Origin: Mobula hypostoma
Taxonomy: Eukaryota
Reading direction: 5' to 3'
Assembly: GCF_963921235.1 (NCBI RefSeq)
Contig: NC_086097.1
Location: forward strand, 122,142,001-122,206,000
DNA length: 64,000 bases
This document shows, piece after piece, positions 35,111 through 46,974 of the stretch (its first letter is position 1; each line of letters starts with the position of its first letter). The position numbers and the translations under genes were made by a program. The notes under the pieces are model-generated. The model was not told where the DNA came from. It saw nothing but the letters and a program-made list of their open reading frames with translations, and did no database searches.

Positions 35111-35524
35111 AAACATTTCTCATTCTCGCTTTTCCAGTTTTCCCGTTATTTTTGTCCCACTTCTTCAAGATGCATTTAGCATTCAGTAATAGTTGCTCAG
35201 TGAATGATGTACATTTCTTCTGTTAATTGCCTAGAATGTACACAATGCATTTTGTATTGATAGTTGGAGTTAATAGCAGCTTCAGGAACAGATAATGATG
35301 AGCCTGAAACATTGGAACTTTGAGAAGTACCAATGATCCCAGCAGGCCTGCCAGGGTTTGTGCCAAGAGACTATTAACAAAGTGGCACAACATGGAAATA
35401 GCCCACACCCACATCAAGTAGTGGGCAGCCATCCATATTAATCCCATTTTCCAGCACTTGGTTCATATCTTTTAATACCTTGGCAACTCAATTGCCTATC
35501 TAGATTCCTCTTTGCATAGCTCTT

Positions 35525-35770
35525 GCTTGGCACATGTACATCACAAATAACAGTGAACTGTGCTGTTTGTGTCACATCAAATCAGCAAGAATCTTGTTGG
35601 GCGCAACCTATTAACCCTTGCCCCATATGCCTTTGGAATGTGGGAGAAAACCAGAACACCCAGAGAAAACCCATGCAATCACGGGGAGAACGTACAATCT
35701 CATACAGACTGCAGTGGGAATCGAACCCAGATCTTACAGATGTAAAGCATGGCACTAACGACTATGCTAG
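35525..35770 (-). mobile_element. V-SINE
   Basis: The minus strand has tagcatagtcg..gggttcgattccc (A and B boxes), then the V-domain-like gttctccccgtg..tgcatgggttttctctgggtgttctggttttctcccacattccaaag. Confidence 0.75.
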
Positions 35771-36424
35771 GGATAGGTCCCCCCTCAAATTCCCTTTAAG
35801 TTTCTTATCCCTTATTTTAAATCTATTAACTGTTTGTACGGTTTAGTCTCAGGATAAAACGGTAGGTCACATTGAAGAATGATGAGAAATTTTTTAGTGC
35901 AAAAGTTGTAGTTCTTTGAGATTTTTTTTACCTCAGAAGTCTACAGTTGCTTAGCATTGGGCAGACTCAATGACTGGACATTGTCAGATCCTTTTAGAAC
36001 GATAATTTTTTTTAAAAACTGGATTGTGTAAGAGATTGAACTTAAGACACCAGATCAAACACAGACTCATTGACAAACAGGGGTCAGCAGGTCGATTCCT
36101 ACTTCTTATGGTGGTATGTAACAGAAGCCTCTTGGTCACTCATATTAAAGACTGCTGATGGCACACTTAAAGCCAAAACATTTTGAGGAATGGGTGCTAT
36201 ATGAATAGCTAAAATATAAAGTCCACACTACTAAACCCTAATGGATGTTATTGCTCTAACTTCATGCTCACAATCCCATTTACCAGTTTAGGAAGTTATA
36301 TAATTGAAGGCCTTTTGTCCCTAATAGTTAGCAACATCCAAAAACAAATGGTAAAATTCAACATATTTAAATCCAAAATAGAAGGGTGCATAATAAAGAG
36401 AAAAATTAATATAATTCATATAAA

Positions 36425-36745
36425 GATCTTAAAGATTTGCTTTATTTGTCACATGTACATCAAAATATACAGTGATATGCATAATTTTGCATCTAATCAA
36501 ATCAGTAAGGAAGGCGCTGGGGGCACCCACATGCATCGCCACAATTCCACTGCCATCTTAGCACGCTCACAACTTACTAACTGTAACCATACAGATTTGG
36601 AATGTGAGAGGGAACCAGAGTATGTAGAGAAAATGCACATGATTACGAACAGATTGTACCAATTCCTTACAGGCATGCCGAGAATTGAACCCCAATTGGT
36701 GATCGAAGGCACTGTAAAACAATCAGCTAACTTCCACACTTACTG
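36425..36745 (-). mobile_element. Degenerate V-SINE
   Basis: Colinear with 35525-35770 (ggggttcaattctc B box; tctggttccctctcacattccaaa). Tail gatgtacatgtgacaaataaagcaaatcttta. Confidence 0.65.
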
Positions 36746-36966
36746 TAAGGAAAGAGTAATCAATTGTGCTGTTAAAACTAACCACATCCAAAACACAATC
36801 AATTACTCTCATTGCAGGACAGAAATGAGTTTAATTCCAATGTGAAATACCCTCTACCACATCTCCCTCTCTCTTACCAAACTCCATAGTGAGTGGACTG
36901 GATAGATCGCAGTTACTGTTAATATTAGCCACCTTTTAACATACTTAGTAAGCCAAGAATATTTAC

Positions 36967-37074
36967 CTTGTGAAAGTTCCGGAAAAATGCTGCCTTTTCA
37001 TCAGGAAATTTCTCTAATCTTCTTGGGCCTTTGCTGGAGGCTTTCTTAAACACCAACCAACATCTTCTGTACAT
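36967..37074 (-). CDS. DOK6: Internal coding exon (exon 2, PH domain) of docking protein 6
   Basis: 108 bp, phase 0/0. Polypyrimidine tract and acceptor (tttttttgttttggcag), and donor AAG|gtaaat. Translates to [36 protein letters not shown], against human DOK6 as I recall it: [39 protein letters not shown]4 and DOK5 differ more at the end of this segment. It is too short to appear in the ORF track. Confidence 0.93.
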
Positions 37075-37229
37075 CTGCCAAAACAAAAAAAAATATAAAT
37101 GAAAGTCTTATCAGTCAACTGTCAAAAGATTAAAATCAAAATATGATTAAAATAACTTGTTCAAAATGCCCAGAGATTATTCTGTAGTATAGGTTGCTCA
37201 GGTAAAGGTCACTCTACTAGAAGGAGGTA

Positions 37230-39724
37230 GAAGGAGGCACACTTCTTGCAAGGGTAAAAGGACTCGGATTGTAGTTATATTCAGGCTTCCAAACAGTAGC
37301 TGGGATGTGAACTACAGATTACAACGGGTGATAGAAAAGGTGTGTCAAAAGGGCAATGTTATGATAGTCATGGAGATTTTAACATGTAGGTAGATTGGGA
37401 CAATCAGGTTGGTAATGGATCTCAAGAGAGTGAATTTGTTGAAATCCTATGAGGTGGCTTTTTAGAGCAGTTTGTCGTTGAGCCTATTAGGGTATCAGCT
37501 ATACTGAATTGGGTGTTATGTAATGAACTGGAGGCAACTATGGAGCTTAAGCTAAAGGCGCCCTTAGCAGACAGTGATCACAATATGACCGAGTTCAACT
37601 TGAAATTTGATAGAGAGAAAGTCTGATGTTGCCATATTTCACTGGAGTAAGGGAATTACAGAGGTATGAGAGAGGAGTTGGTCAAAGTAAATTGGAAGGA
37701 GATGCTGGCAGGGATGACAGTAGAGCAGCAATGGCTTGAGTTTCTGGAAAAAGTGAGGAAGATAAAGGATAGATGTATTCCAAAAACAAAGAAGTACTCA
37801 AATGGCAAAATAGTACAGCCGTGAGTGACAAGGGAAGTCAAAGCTAATGTAAAAGCAAAAGAGAGGTCATACAACAAAGCAAAAATTAGCAGGCAGATAG
37901 AAGATTGGGAAGCTTTCGTACCCTACAGAAGGCAATTAAAAGGGTCATGAGGGGGGAGAAGATGAAATATGAAAACAAGCTAGCAAACAATATCAAGGTG
38001 GATAGAAAAAACTTTTGCAAGAAAATAAAAAATAAAAGAGAGATGAGAGTGGATATAGGACCTCTTGAGAAAGAGGCCAGAGAAATAATAATGGGACAAG
38101 AGATAGCAGATGAACCAAATGAGTATTTTGCATCAATCTTCACTGTGGAAGACACTAATAGTGTGCCAGATATTAAGGGTGTGAGGGAAGAGAAGTGAGT
38201 GCACTTACTATTAGAAGGGAGAAGTTACTTGAAAAGTTGAAAGACCTAAAGGCACTTAAGTCATTCGGAGCAAATGAACTGCACCCTAGGGTTCTGAAAG
38301 AGGTGATCATAGAATTTGTGGAGAGATTAGGTATGATCTTTCAAGAATTATTGGACTCTGGCATGATGCCAGAGGACTGGAAAATTACAAATGTCACTCC
38401 ACTGTTTAAGAAAGGAGGAAAGCAGCAGAAAGGAAATTATAGACCAGTCAGCCTGACCTTTGTGGTTGGGAAGATGTTAGACAATTGTCAAGGATGAGGT
38501 GATGGAGTACTTGGTGACACAGGACAAGATAGGACAATGTTGGCATGGTTTCCTTAAGGGGAACTCTTGCCTGATGAACCCATTGGAATTCTTTGAGGAG
38601 ATTACAAGTAGAATAGATAAAGGGGATGCAGTGCATTTTGTATATTTGGATTTTCAGAAGGCCTTTGACAAGATGCCACACGTGAGGCTGCTTAACAAGT
38701 TAAGAGGCCATGGTATTACAGGAAAGTTACTGGCATAGTGAGAGCATTGGCTGATTGGTAGGAGACAGCAAGTGGGAATAAAAGGATTATTTTCTGGTTG
38801 GCTGCCAGTGACTAGTGGTATTCTGCAGGGGTCAACATTATGATCGCTTCTTTTTATGGTGTATATCAATGATTTAGTTGATGGAATAGATGGCTTTGTT
38901 GCCATGTTTGCAGATGATACTATGATTCGTGGAGGGGCAGGTAATTTTGAGGAAACACGAAGGCTGCAGAAGGACTTAGACAAATTAGGAGAATGGGCAA
39001 GAAAGTGGCAAATGAAATACAATGTTGGAAAATGCATGGCCATGCATTTTGGTAGAAGAAATAACTATGTAGACTAGTTTCTAAATGGGGAGAAAATCCA
39101 AAAATCTGAGATGCAAAAGGACTTGGGAGTCCTTCTGCAGAACACCGTAAAGGTTAACTTGCAGGTAGAGTTGAGGGTGATGAAGGCAAATGTAATGTTA
39201 GCATTCATTTCAAGAGGTCTAGAATATAAGAGCAGGGATGTGAGGGGCTTTATACGACACTGGTGAGGCTTTACCTTGAGTATTGTGCACAGTATCTGCC
39301 CTCATCAAAGAAAAGATGTGCTGGCATTAGAGATGGTTCAGAGGAAGTTCACAAGGATTATTCTGAGAATGAAAGGGCTATCATATAAGGAATGTTTAAT
39401 GGCTCTGGGCCTGTACTTGCTGGAATTTTGAAGGACGGGGGGATCTCATTGAAACCTTTTGAATGTTGGAAGGCCTAGACAGAGTAGATGTGGAAAGGAT
39501 ATTTCGCATGGTGGAGGCTTCTAGGACAAGAGGGTATAGCTTCTGGATAGAGGAGCGTCCAGGTCATTGAGTGTATTTATGGCAGAAATTGATAGGTTCC
39601 TGATTGGTCACAGCATCAGCGGTTACAGGGACATAGCTGGGGAGTGGGTCTGAGGAGGAGGAAAAATGGAGCAATCGATGGGCCAAATGGCCTAATTCTG
39701 TTCCTTTGTCTTGTGGTCTTATGA
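37230..39724 (+). mobile_element. Degenerate CR1 ORF2 (endonuclease through RT to 3' tail)
   Basis: Peptides YENKLANNIKVD, NELHPRVLKEV, GNYRPVSLT, DFQKAFDKMPH and FADDTMI. Tail tcttgtggtcttatg. Confidence 0.9.
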
Positions 39725-39725
39725 T

Positions 39726-40868
39726 CAGAGGAAAGGAAATTATATGTCAGTTAGCCTGACTTCAGTCATTGGGAAGGTGAATGGAGTCCACTATTAAGGA
39801 TGAGGCTTTGGGATACTTGGATGTGCATTATAAAGTAGGCCAAGGTCAGCAAAATTTCCTTAAGGGGAAACTTTGCCCGACCAATCTACTGGAATTCTTT
39901 GAGGAAATAACAGGCAGTATAGACAAAGGATAGTCAGTGGATGTTGTTTAGATGAATTTTCAGGAGGCCTTTTATAAGGTGGCACACATGAGGCTGCTTA
40001 ACAAGATAAGAACCCATGGTATTACAGGAAAGATAATAGCATGGATATAAAATTGGCTGACTGGCAGCACGAAAAGAGTCAGAATAAAGTGGGCCTATTC
40101 TGTTTGGCTACCAGTGACAACTAGTCTCCACAGGGGTTGGTATTGGGACCACTGCTTTTCATGTTACATGTCCACAATTTGGATGAGTTGATGGCTCTGT
40201 GGCCAGGATTACAGAAGATAAAAGATAAGTGGAGGACAGTAGAGTTCAGGAAGCAGGGAGACTGCAGAAGGGCTTGGACAAACTGGGAGAATGGGAAAAG
40301 AAGTAGCAAGTGGAACATAGTGTAGGGAAGTGTATGGTCATGCACTTTGGTAGAAGGAATAAATGAAATGATGTGCTGGCATTGGAGAAGGTCCAGAGGA
40401 GGTTCATGAGAGTGATTCTGGGAATGAAAGGGGTTAATGTGTGAGGGGTATCTGGTCCAGTACTCGCTAGATTCAGAAGAATGAGAGAGGATCTCATTGA
40501 AATCTATCAGATATTGTAAAGCCTGGACAGAGTGGATGTGGAGAGGATATTTCCTATAGTGGGTGAGTCTAGGGCCTGAGGGCAGAGCCACACAATAGAG
40601 GGACGTCCATTTTGAATGGAGATGAGATGGAATTTCTTTAGCTAGAGTGTGGCAAATGAGTGTAATTCATTGCCACCAATGGCTGTAGAGGTCAAGTCAC
40701 TGAGTATAATTAAAGCAGAGTTATAAATTTTTGGTTAGTCAGGATGTGAAAGGTTATGGGCAGAAGGTAGCAGAATGGGATTGAGAGTGATAATAAATCA
40801 GCCATGGTGGAATGACAGAGCAAACTCGATGGGCTGAGTGGCCGAATTCTGCTCCTATGTCTTTTAGG
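39726..40868 (+). mobile_element. Second CR1 RT fragment, directly after the previous one
   Basis: Restarts at the codons for KGNY..VSLTS, contains VLGPLLF, and has the CR1 3' end gccgaattctgctcctatgtctt. Confidence 0.85.
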
Positions 40869-41447
40869 TCTCTCTCTATTTATATATAGTTCCTGGAATC
40901 AACATCACAGACAAAGCATTATCAGAAATATATTTTGAACTTCATAAAACAGGCAAAACATTTGACATATAAATAGCACTGGAGAGGGATGAATATTCTT
41001 GTGCAGCTCACATGGGAATTCTCAAATAACCCCATTTGGAACTCCGACAGCTGAAATCTGCAGCCACAAAGATTGTGATAAGTGATATTCTTTCAAGTGA
41101 TTCAAAAGAGCAACTGATTATCAGAATGGAGAGAGTGGAGATTCCAGACCAACCAGGGAATGAGTCCAACAGATGGAAGGAAACCCTGGCTGCCGTGGTA
41201 AAACTGAATTGCAGGACCCTGAGGCCACCTCCCCACTCCCCCACTGCATCTGTATGACCATTAGGCCATTCAGCCCATCAAGACTGCTCTGTTATTCCAT
41301 CATGGCTGATTTATTTTCTCTCTCAACTCCATTCTCCTGATTTCTCCCCAAACCTTTGATGCCCTGGCTAATCCAAGAACCTATCAAATTTCACTTTAAG
41401 TATACTCAGTAACTTGGCCTCCACAGTCGTCAGTGGTAATGACTTCT

Positions 41448-41962
41448 CAGGTTGGAGGAACAACAACTTATATTCCGTTTGGGTAGCCTCCAACCTGATG
41501 GCATGAACATTGACTTCTCAAACTTCCGCTAGTGCCCCACCTCCCCCTTGTACCCCACCCGTTATCTATTTATGTACACACATTCTTTCTCTCTCTCTCC
41601 TTTTTCTCTCTCTGTCCCTCTGACTATACCCCTTGCCCACACTCTGGGTTTCCCCCCCCCCCTTTTCCTTCTCCCTGAGCCTCCTGTCCCCTGATCCTCT
41701 CATATCCTTTTTGCCAATCAACTGTCCAGCTCTTGGCTCCATCCCTCCCCCTCCTGTCTTCTCCTATCATTTTGGATCTCCCCCTCCCCCTCCCACTTTC
41801 AAATCTCTTACTAGCTCTTCTTTCAATTAGTCCTGACGAAGGGTCTCGGCCCGAAACGTCGACTGTACCTCTTCCTAGAGATGCTGCCTGGCCTGCTTCG
41901 TTCACCAGCAACTTTGATGTGTGTTGCTTGAATTTCCAGCATCTGCAGAATTCCTCGTGTTT
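41448..41962 (+). mobile_element. Penelope-like retroelement 3' end (GIY-YIG C-terminus plus terminal repeat)
   Basis: The start encodes RLEEQQLIFRLGSLQPDGMNIDFSNFR*, matching the R..E...I..L..L.P.G.N end of the Penelope-like endonuclease. A pyrimidine-rich UTR and a hammerhead follow. 9-bp TSD atgacttct at 41439-41447 and 41963-41971. Confidence 0.88.
41828..41865 (+). ncRNA. Minimal type-I hammerhead ribozyme motif
   Basis: Reads UAGUC CUGACGA A GGGU CUCG GCCC GAAACGUC GACUG. Stem I is UAGUC/GACUG, the core is CUGACGA (41833-41839), stem II is GGGU/GCCC, GAAA is at 41853-41856, and helix III is the palindrome ACGU. Predicted cleavage is after C41860. Confidence 0.78.
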
Positions 41963-42719
41963 ATGACTTCTATAGATCCATTTTCTGTTCAAAGGCCTGT
42001 ATATAACTCCCATCAGGCTTGTATATTACCCTTGCATTTTCTTAACTTTACCCGTGGGATTTTACATCTTCCAATCCTATGTTACCAACAGAGCCACCCC
42101 ACCCCCTCTGCCTACCTGCGTATCCTCAGATGTTAAGCTTCCAACTTCTTTCAGCCACAACACAATGATGCCCACAACATCATACCTGCCGATCTTAAAC
42201 TATGCTACAAGATCATCTACCTTATTCCATGTACTGTGTGAATTCAAAATATAACACCTTCAATCCTCAAATCATCACCCTTTTCAATTTTACCCCTAAG
42301 TTACACTTCACCTTCTTCCCCACAGCCTCACTAGACACTGCATCTACTTGTATACCAAATGCCCCATCCTCAGCCCTATCACTCTGCTTCCCATCCCTCT
42401 GCCAAATTAGTTCAAACTCTCCCCAACAACTCTGGCAAGCCTGCCCGATATCGGTCCCCCTCAGGTGTACCAGGGCATACCTTCCCCAGAAGAGATTACA
42501 ATATCCAGAAATTTGAGCCCCTGCTCCATGCACCCACTTGGCAACCATGCAATTATCTACCAAATCATCCAAATCTTACCCTCACAAGCACATGGCACTG
42601 GCAGCAATCCATAGATTATTACCCTGGAGTTCCTGCTTTTCCACTTTCTACCTAACTCCCTATATTCTCTCTTCAGGACCTCTTCCCTTTTCCTGCCTAT
42701 ATCATTGGTACTAGGTATC

Positions 42720-44300
42720 CAATCTCTTCCTGTCTAATGTTCAGTCTCAAGAAAATAAAATTGAAAATCTCAAAACATGACAGTGGTGTCAGGTAAAAGC
42801 AGAGGAGGGAGTATTTGCTTCATGATTAATTCATTACAGTATACAGACATGGCAATTCTGTCTCAGTCCTGCTCCCCTGACATGAAACATCTGATGGTCA
42901 AGTATCATCCATTTTATCTGCAGAATGAGTTCTCTGCTGTCACTATGACCATGGTGTTTATTCCATCCCCGGACAATGTCATTCTGGCATGGGAGGAGCT
43001 GAACTCCGTGATCAACAGTTAAGCAGTAGCACGCCCTGATGCCTTCCTGATGATGGTGGGGGATTTCAGTTAGCTTAAAGAAGTCTCCAATAAACTACCA
43101 CCAACATGTCTCTTGCAGAACCAGAGGAATCAACACACCACCACCAAGAACGTTTACAGTGCCATCACACACCCACAACTTTGGCACGTCCATTCACCTG
43201 GCTGTACCTCTGCTCCCGGCATACAGGCAGAGACCGAAGACCGAAGACCGCAGCCCCAGGGGTGAGGACTCTAAAGGTAGTGGAGCATTTATGGTGCAGC
43301 TTTGAAATGGTGGACTGGTCCATATTCAGGCATTCAGCTTCAGATTTACTGAATATGCCACAATCGGCACTGACTTCTTCAAGACCTGCATAGACTAGTG
43401 TGCTGTTTCAAGAACATATCACATTTTTCCAAACCAGAAAGCCAAGGATGAACCAAGAGATACACAGTCTACTGAGGGTCAGATCCGTGGCATTCAATAG
43501 CAGCAATCCAGAATCCTACAAGAAGTCCAGGTAAGACCTACTGAAGAGCATTGTGAGAATGTAAAGGGAATTCTGTACAAATTAGAGACACAACAACTGC
43601 ATTAAGGTTTGCATGCCATTACTTCCTGTAAGGTCAAACCTTATAACAGCATAAATGGCAATGATGCTTCAATTCTTGGAGCTCTTAACATCTTTATGTA
43701 TGCTGAGAACAGGTGAATAACACTACTCCTGTTTGAATGCCCACAGCATCTGGAAACCCTGTGATCTCTGTCTGAGAAGCTGATGTCAGAACTTTCTTAA
43801 AGAGGGTGAACTGTCACACAGCATCAGGCCCTGATCTTGCACCTGGCAGGGTTATGAAAACCTGTGCTGACCAACTGGCCAACTGTTCAAGGACATCCTC
43901 AACCTCTCACTGCTGCAGTCTGAGGATCCCTCCACCTTCACAACCGCAGAAATCATGCCAGTGCCATGACTTTCAGCTGGTAGCACTGACATCTATCATA
44001 ATAAAATGCTTTGAGGGGTTCATTATGACTAGAGTTAACTCCAGCACTGGACTCACTGCATTTCCCAGAAGGTTTACAGTAAATGCAATCTCACTGGCTG
44101 TCTGTTCTGCTTTGGAGGATCTAGACAACAGCAGAACATATGTCAAGCTGCCATTTATTGATCACAGTTCGGTGATCCATTCCATCATCTCCCTCAGTGC
44201 TTATCGCCAAGTTTCAAAGTATGGGTCCCTCTACCTCCTTCTGCCACTGGATCTTCCACTTCCTCAGTGGGAGCCAGTCAGTACGGATCAGTAATAAAAT
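42720..44300 (+). mobile_element. Highly degenerate Rex1/Babar LINE (endonuclease to RT)
   Basis: Peptides SGKSRGGSICFMINS, KYHPFYLQNEFS, ASGPD..PGRVMKTCADQLA, ALTSIIIKCFE and YVKLPFIDHSS. Confidence 0.75.
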
Positions 44301-44749
44301 CAAATCAGGTTATATTTAAATGAGCTAAACATCAGCTAACTAAATCTATTAACCACACAGCAGTTATAATTGCACTTCTTATTCAGTTACAATTACTCCA
44401 CAGATGTAAAGAATCATTTACGACAAAACTGTAGCGTGTAGTCACCAAAGAAATGGCAATGGGATTTTGTCAGTTAAATTGTCAATTAAATTGTCAATTG
44501 TCCAAGGGAATTGGTGAGAAAGTAACTTTCATGGAATAGTCCTGTTGTTGAATCAAAGTGACAGTATCGATTTTTAAATTTTTTTTCAGTACTGCTGTCA
44601 ATCAAACAGACTGAAAGAGCTAATTTTGAGCGATCAGGGATTCCAAACATTCAAGCTGTTTGCAATTTATTGGAGCAAGATTGCTGGTGCCGCAGTGGTC
44701 ATGTATCTGAGCGTTTTGGGCAGTACTGGCGAGAATGGTAGGGAACAAG

Positions 44750-45152
44750 AACCAGAAACAGCGTCACGTTTATTGTCATTGACATATGTCACGAAATTTG
44801 CTATTTTGCTGCAGCAGTACAGTGCAAAACATTAAAAATATATAAATATGAAATATACAAAAAATAAATAAGTAGTGCAAAACATGAAGTATTATTTATG
44901 TGTTTCAAGGTCCATTCAGAAATCTGATGGTGGAGGGGACGAAGCTGTTCCTAATACATTGAGTGTGTGTCTTCAGGTTCTTGTACTTTCTCTCTGATGA
45001 TAGCAATGAGAAGAGGGCATGTCCTGGGTGGTGACGGTCCTCAATGATAGATACCAACTTCATGAGGCATCACCAGTTGAAGACGTCTTCAATGGTGGGG
45101 TGGCTAGTGCCCATGATGGAGCTTGCTGAGTTTATAACCATCTGCAGCCTTT
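44750..45152 (-). mobile_element. Rex1/Babar-like 3' fragment
   Basis: Homologous to 14145-14560 (gagaagagggcatgtcctgggtggtga...ggctagtgcccatgatggagc). Confidence 0.65.
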
Positions 45153-45154
45153 TA

Positions 45155-45701
45155 TAGATACATAGATACATAGAAAACCTACAGCACAATACATGCCCTT
45201 CACCTCACAGATTGTGCCGAACATGTCCTTACCTTAGAAATTACGGTTACCCATAGCCCTCTATTTTTCTAAGCTCCATGTACTTGTCCAGGAGTCTCTT
45301 AAAGGACCCTATCATATCCTCCTCCACCACCGTCACCAGCAGCCCATTCCAAACACTCACCACTCCCTGCGTAAAAAGCTTTCCCCTGACATCTCCTCTG
45401 TACCTAATTCCAATCACCTTAAAAACTGTGCCCTCTCGTGCTAGCCATTTCAGCCCTGGGAAAAAACCTCTGACTATCCACACGATCAATGCCTCTCATC
45501 ATCTTGTACACCTCCATCAGGTCACCTCTCATCCTCCGTCACACCAAGGAGAAAAGGCTGAGTTCACTCAACCTATTCTTATAAAGCATGCTCGCCAATC
45601 CAGGTAACATCCTTGTAAATCTCCTCTGCACCCTTTCTATGGTTTTCACAACCTTCCTATAGTGAGGCGACCGGAACTGAGCACAGTACTCCAAGTGGGG
45701 T
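45155..45701 (-). mobile_element. CR1 3' fragment
   Basis: Peptides PHLEYCAQFRSP and GDVRGKLFTQGVVSVWNGL. Tail atagatacatagatacatagaa. Confidence 0.85.
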
Positions 45702-46519
45702 CGAAGATTGAAGCCTGAAGTTTAAACCCCTCTGGAGACTGGAGCAGGGCTTGTTTCACTGTGGCTTTGTTGCTTAGTATGTTCTGTTTAATTGTGTTCC
45801 GTGTTGTTCTGCTGAACAAGGTTCACATACTATGTTGGTGCCAGAATGTGTGGCGACACTTGCGGTCAGCCCTCAGTATACCCTTGGTGTGTTGGTTGTC
45901 AATGAAAATGACGCATTGCTGTATATTTGGATGCACATGTGATAAATAAACCTGAGCCTGATGCTTTTCATTGTGGGCGCTGATATTTTTGAATTGCACC
46001 TGACGAATAAAGTTAATTTTTAAAGTGGCGCAGAGCAGCATAAAGTGGCATTTAATTCAGAGCTAACTGACTGGTGAATCTGTATACTCTCACCCTTAAC
46101 CTTTGAGTCTGACACGGCTGAATCAATACCAAACTATCCCTTCCAATGCAAGTTTACATTTGGCATTGATAATTGGTTTAAATAACACCCTGAGGTAGCC
46201 CTGAACACTTCCCAGCTGGGTCCAGAGCTTGTTCACTGCACCAAATGAATATTCAATTATTACAGTTAATAAACAAGTTTCCTGGGTGCCAAAGAAAGAT
46301 AAATATCGTTTGTTGCATAAAACCACCGGCATGTTGTGACAAAAGTTCTAATGCACAACTTGGCATTTTGATAATTGCTTCAGGCTAATATACCTTCTCA
46401 GTGGTGTTTCACAGTGCTATGCTTGACCTTTAGTTTGATATGTAAATGTTACAATGCCTCAGGGGGTGGCCAGTGCTTCATATTAATAGGGAATAGGAAG
46501 TGGTCTGGAACAAAAGATG

Positions 46520-46930
46520 TAAACACAAGGGATTCTGCAGATGCTGGAAATCCAAAGCAACACACACGAAGTGCTGGAGGGACTCGGCAGGTCGGGCAGC
46601 ATCTATGAAGAGGAATAAACAGTCGACATTTTGAGCTGAGACCTTTCATCAGGACTGGAAAGGAAGGCGGAAGATTCCAGGATAAAAAGATGGGGGTGGA
46701 GGGGAAAGAGGACAAGCTAGAAGGTGATAGACGAAGCCAGGTGGGTGTGGGTGAGAATGAAGTAAGAAGCTGGGAGGAGATAGATGGAAAAGGCAAAGAG
46801 TTGGAGAGGAAGGAATCTGATAGGAAAGAAGAGTGCATCATGAGAGAAACAGAAGGAGGCAGAGCGACAGGGGGAGGTGATAGGCAGGTGAAGAGAAGAG
46901 ATAAGAGGCCAGAGTGGGCTATAGAAGACG
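46520..46930 (-). mobile_element. Penelope-like 3' repeat with a decayed hammerhead
   Basis: The minus strand reads cagtcCTGATGAaaggtctcagctcaaaatgtcgactg, with GAAA mutated. It has the same terminus (catctgcagaatcccttgtgttt) as the copy ending at 41962. Confidence 0.78.
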
Positions 46931-46974
46931 AGCCACAACAACAACACTTCAGTGTTAGCAAGACAAATAATTGT

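Larger units (their letters stand above)
41255..42715 (-). mobile_element. Internally deleted CR1 relic that hosts the Penelope-like insertion
   Basis: CR1 3' end at 41255-41445. Endonuclease remnants (MGVIYRPLN) at about 41980-42260, and ORF1 esterase-like remnants (NLFWGRYAL...CWGEFELIWQ) at about 42400-42700. Confidence 0.65.

Noticed and set aside
36264..36845. 193-aa ORF as a protein-coding gene
   Set aside because: It runs antisense through a V-SINE and AT-rich sequence and has no recognisable domain.
1..36960. Further DOK6 exons (VTELHNIK... and later)
   Set aside because: I found no matching minus-strand sequence in the non-repetitive stretches, although a manual scan can miss a diverged exon.
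36993..37006. CUGAUGA within the DOK6 exon as a hammerhead core
   Set aside because: There is no stem II, GAAAC or NUH arrangement. It is simply the Pro-Asp-Glu codons.
46620..46660. Active hammerheads at about 13655, 28325, 28360, 46620 and 49516
   Set aside because: Each has lost core nucleotides (CUGANGA or GAAA mutated), so I count them only as decayed copies.
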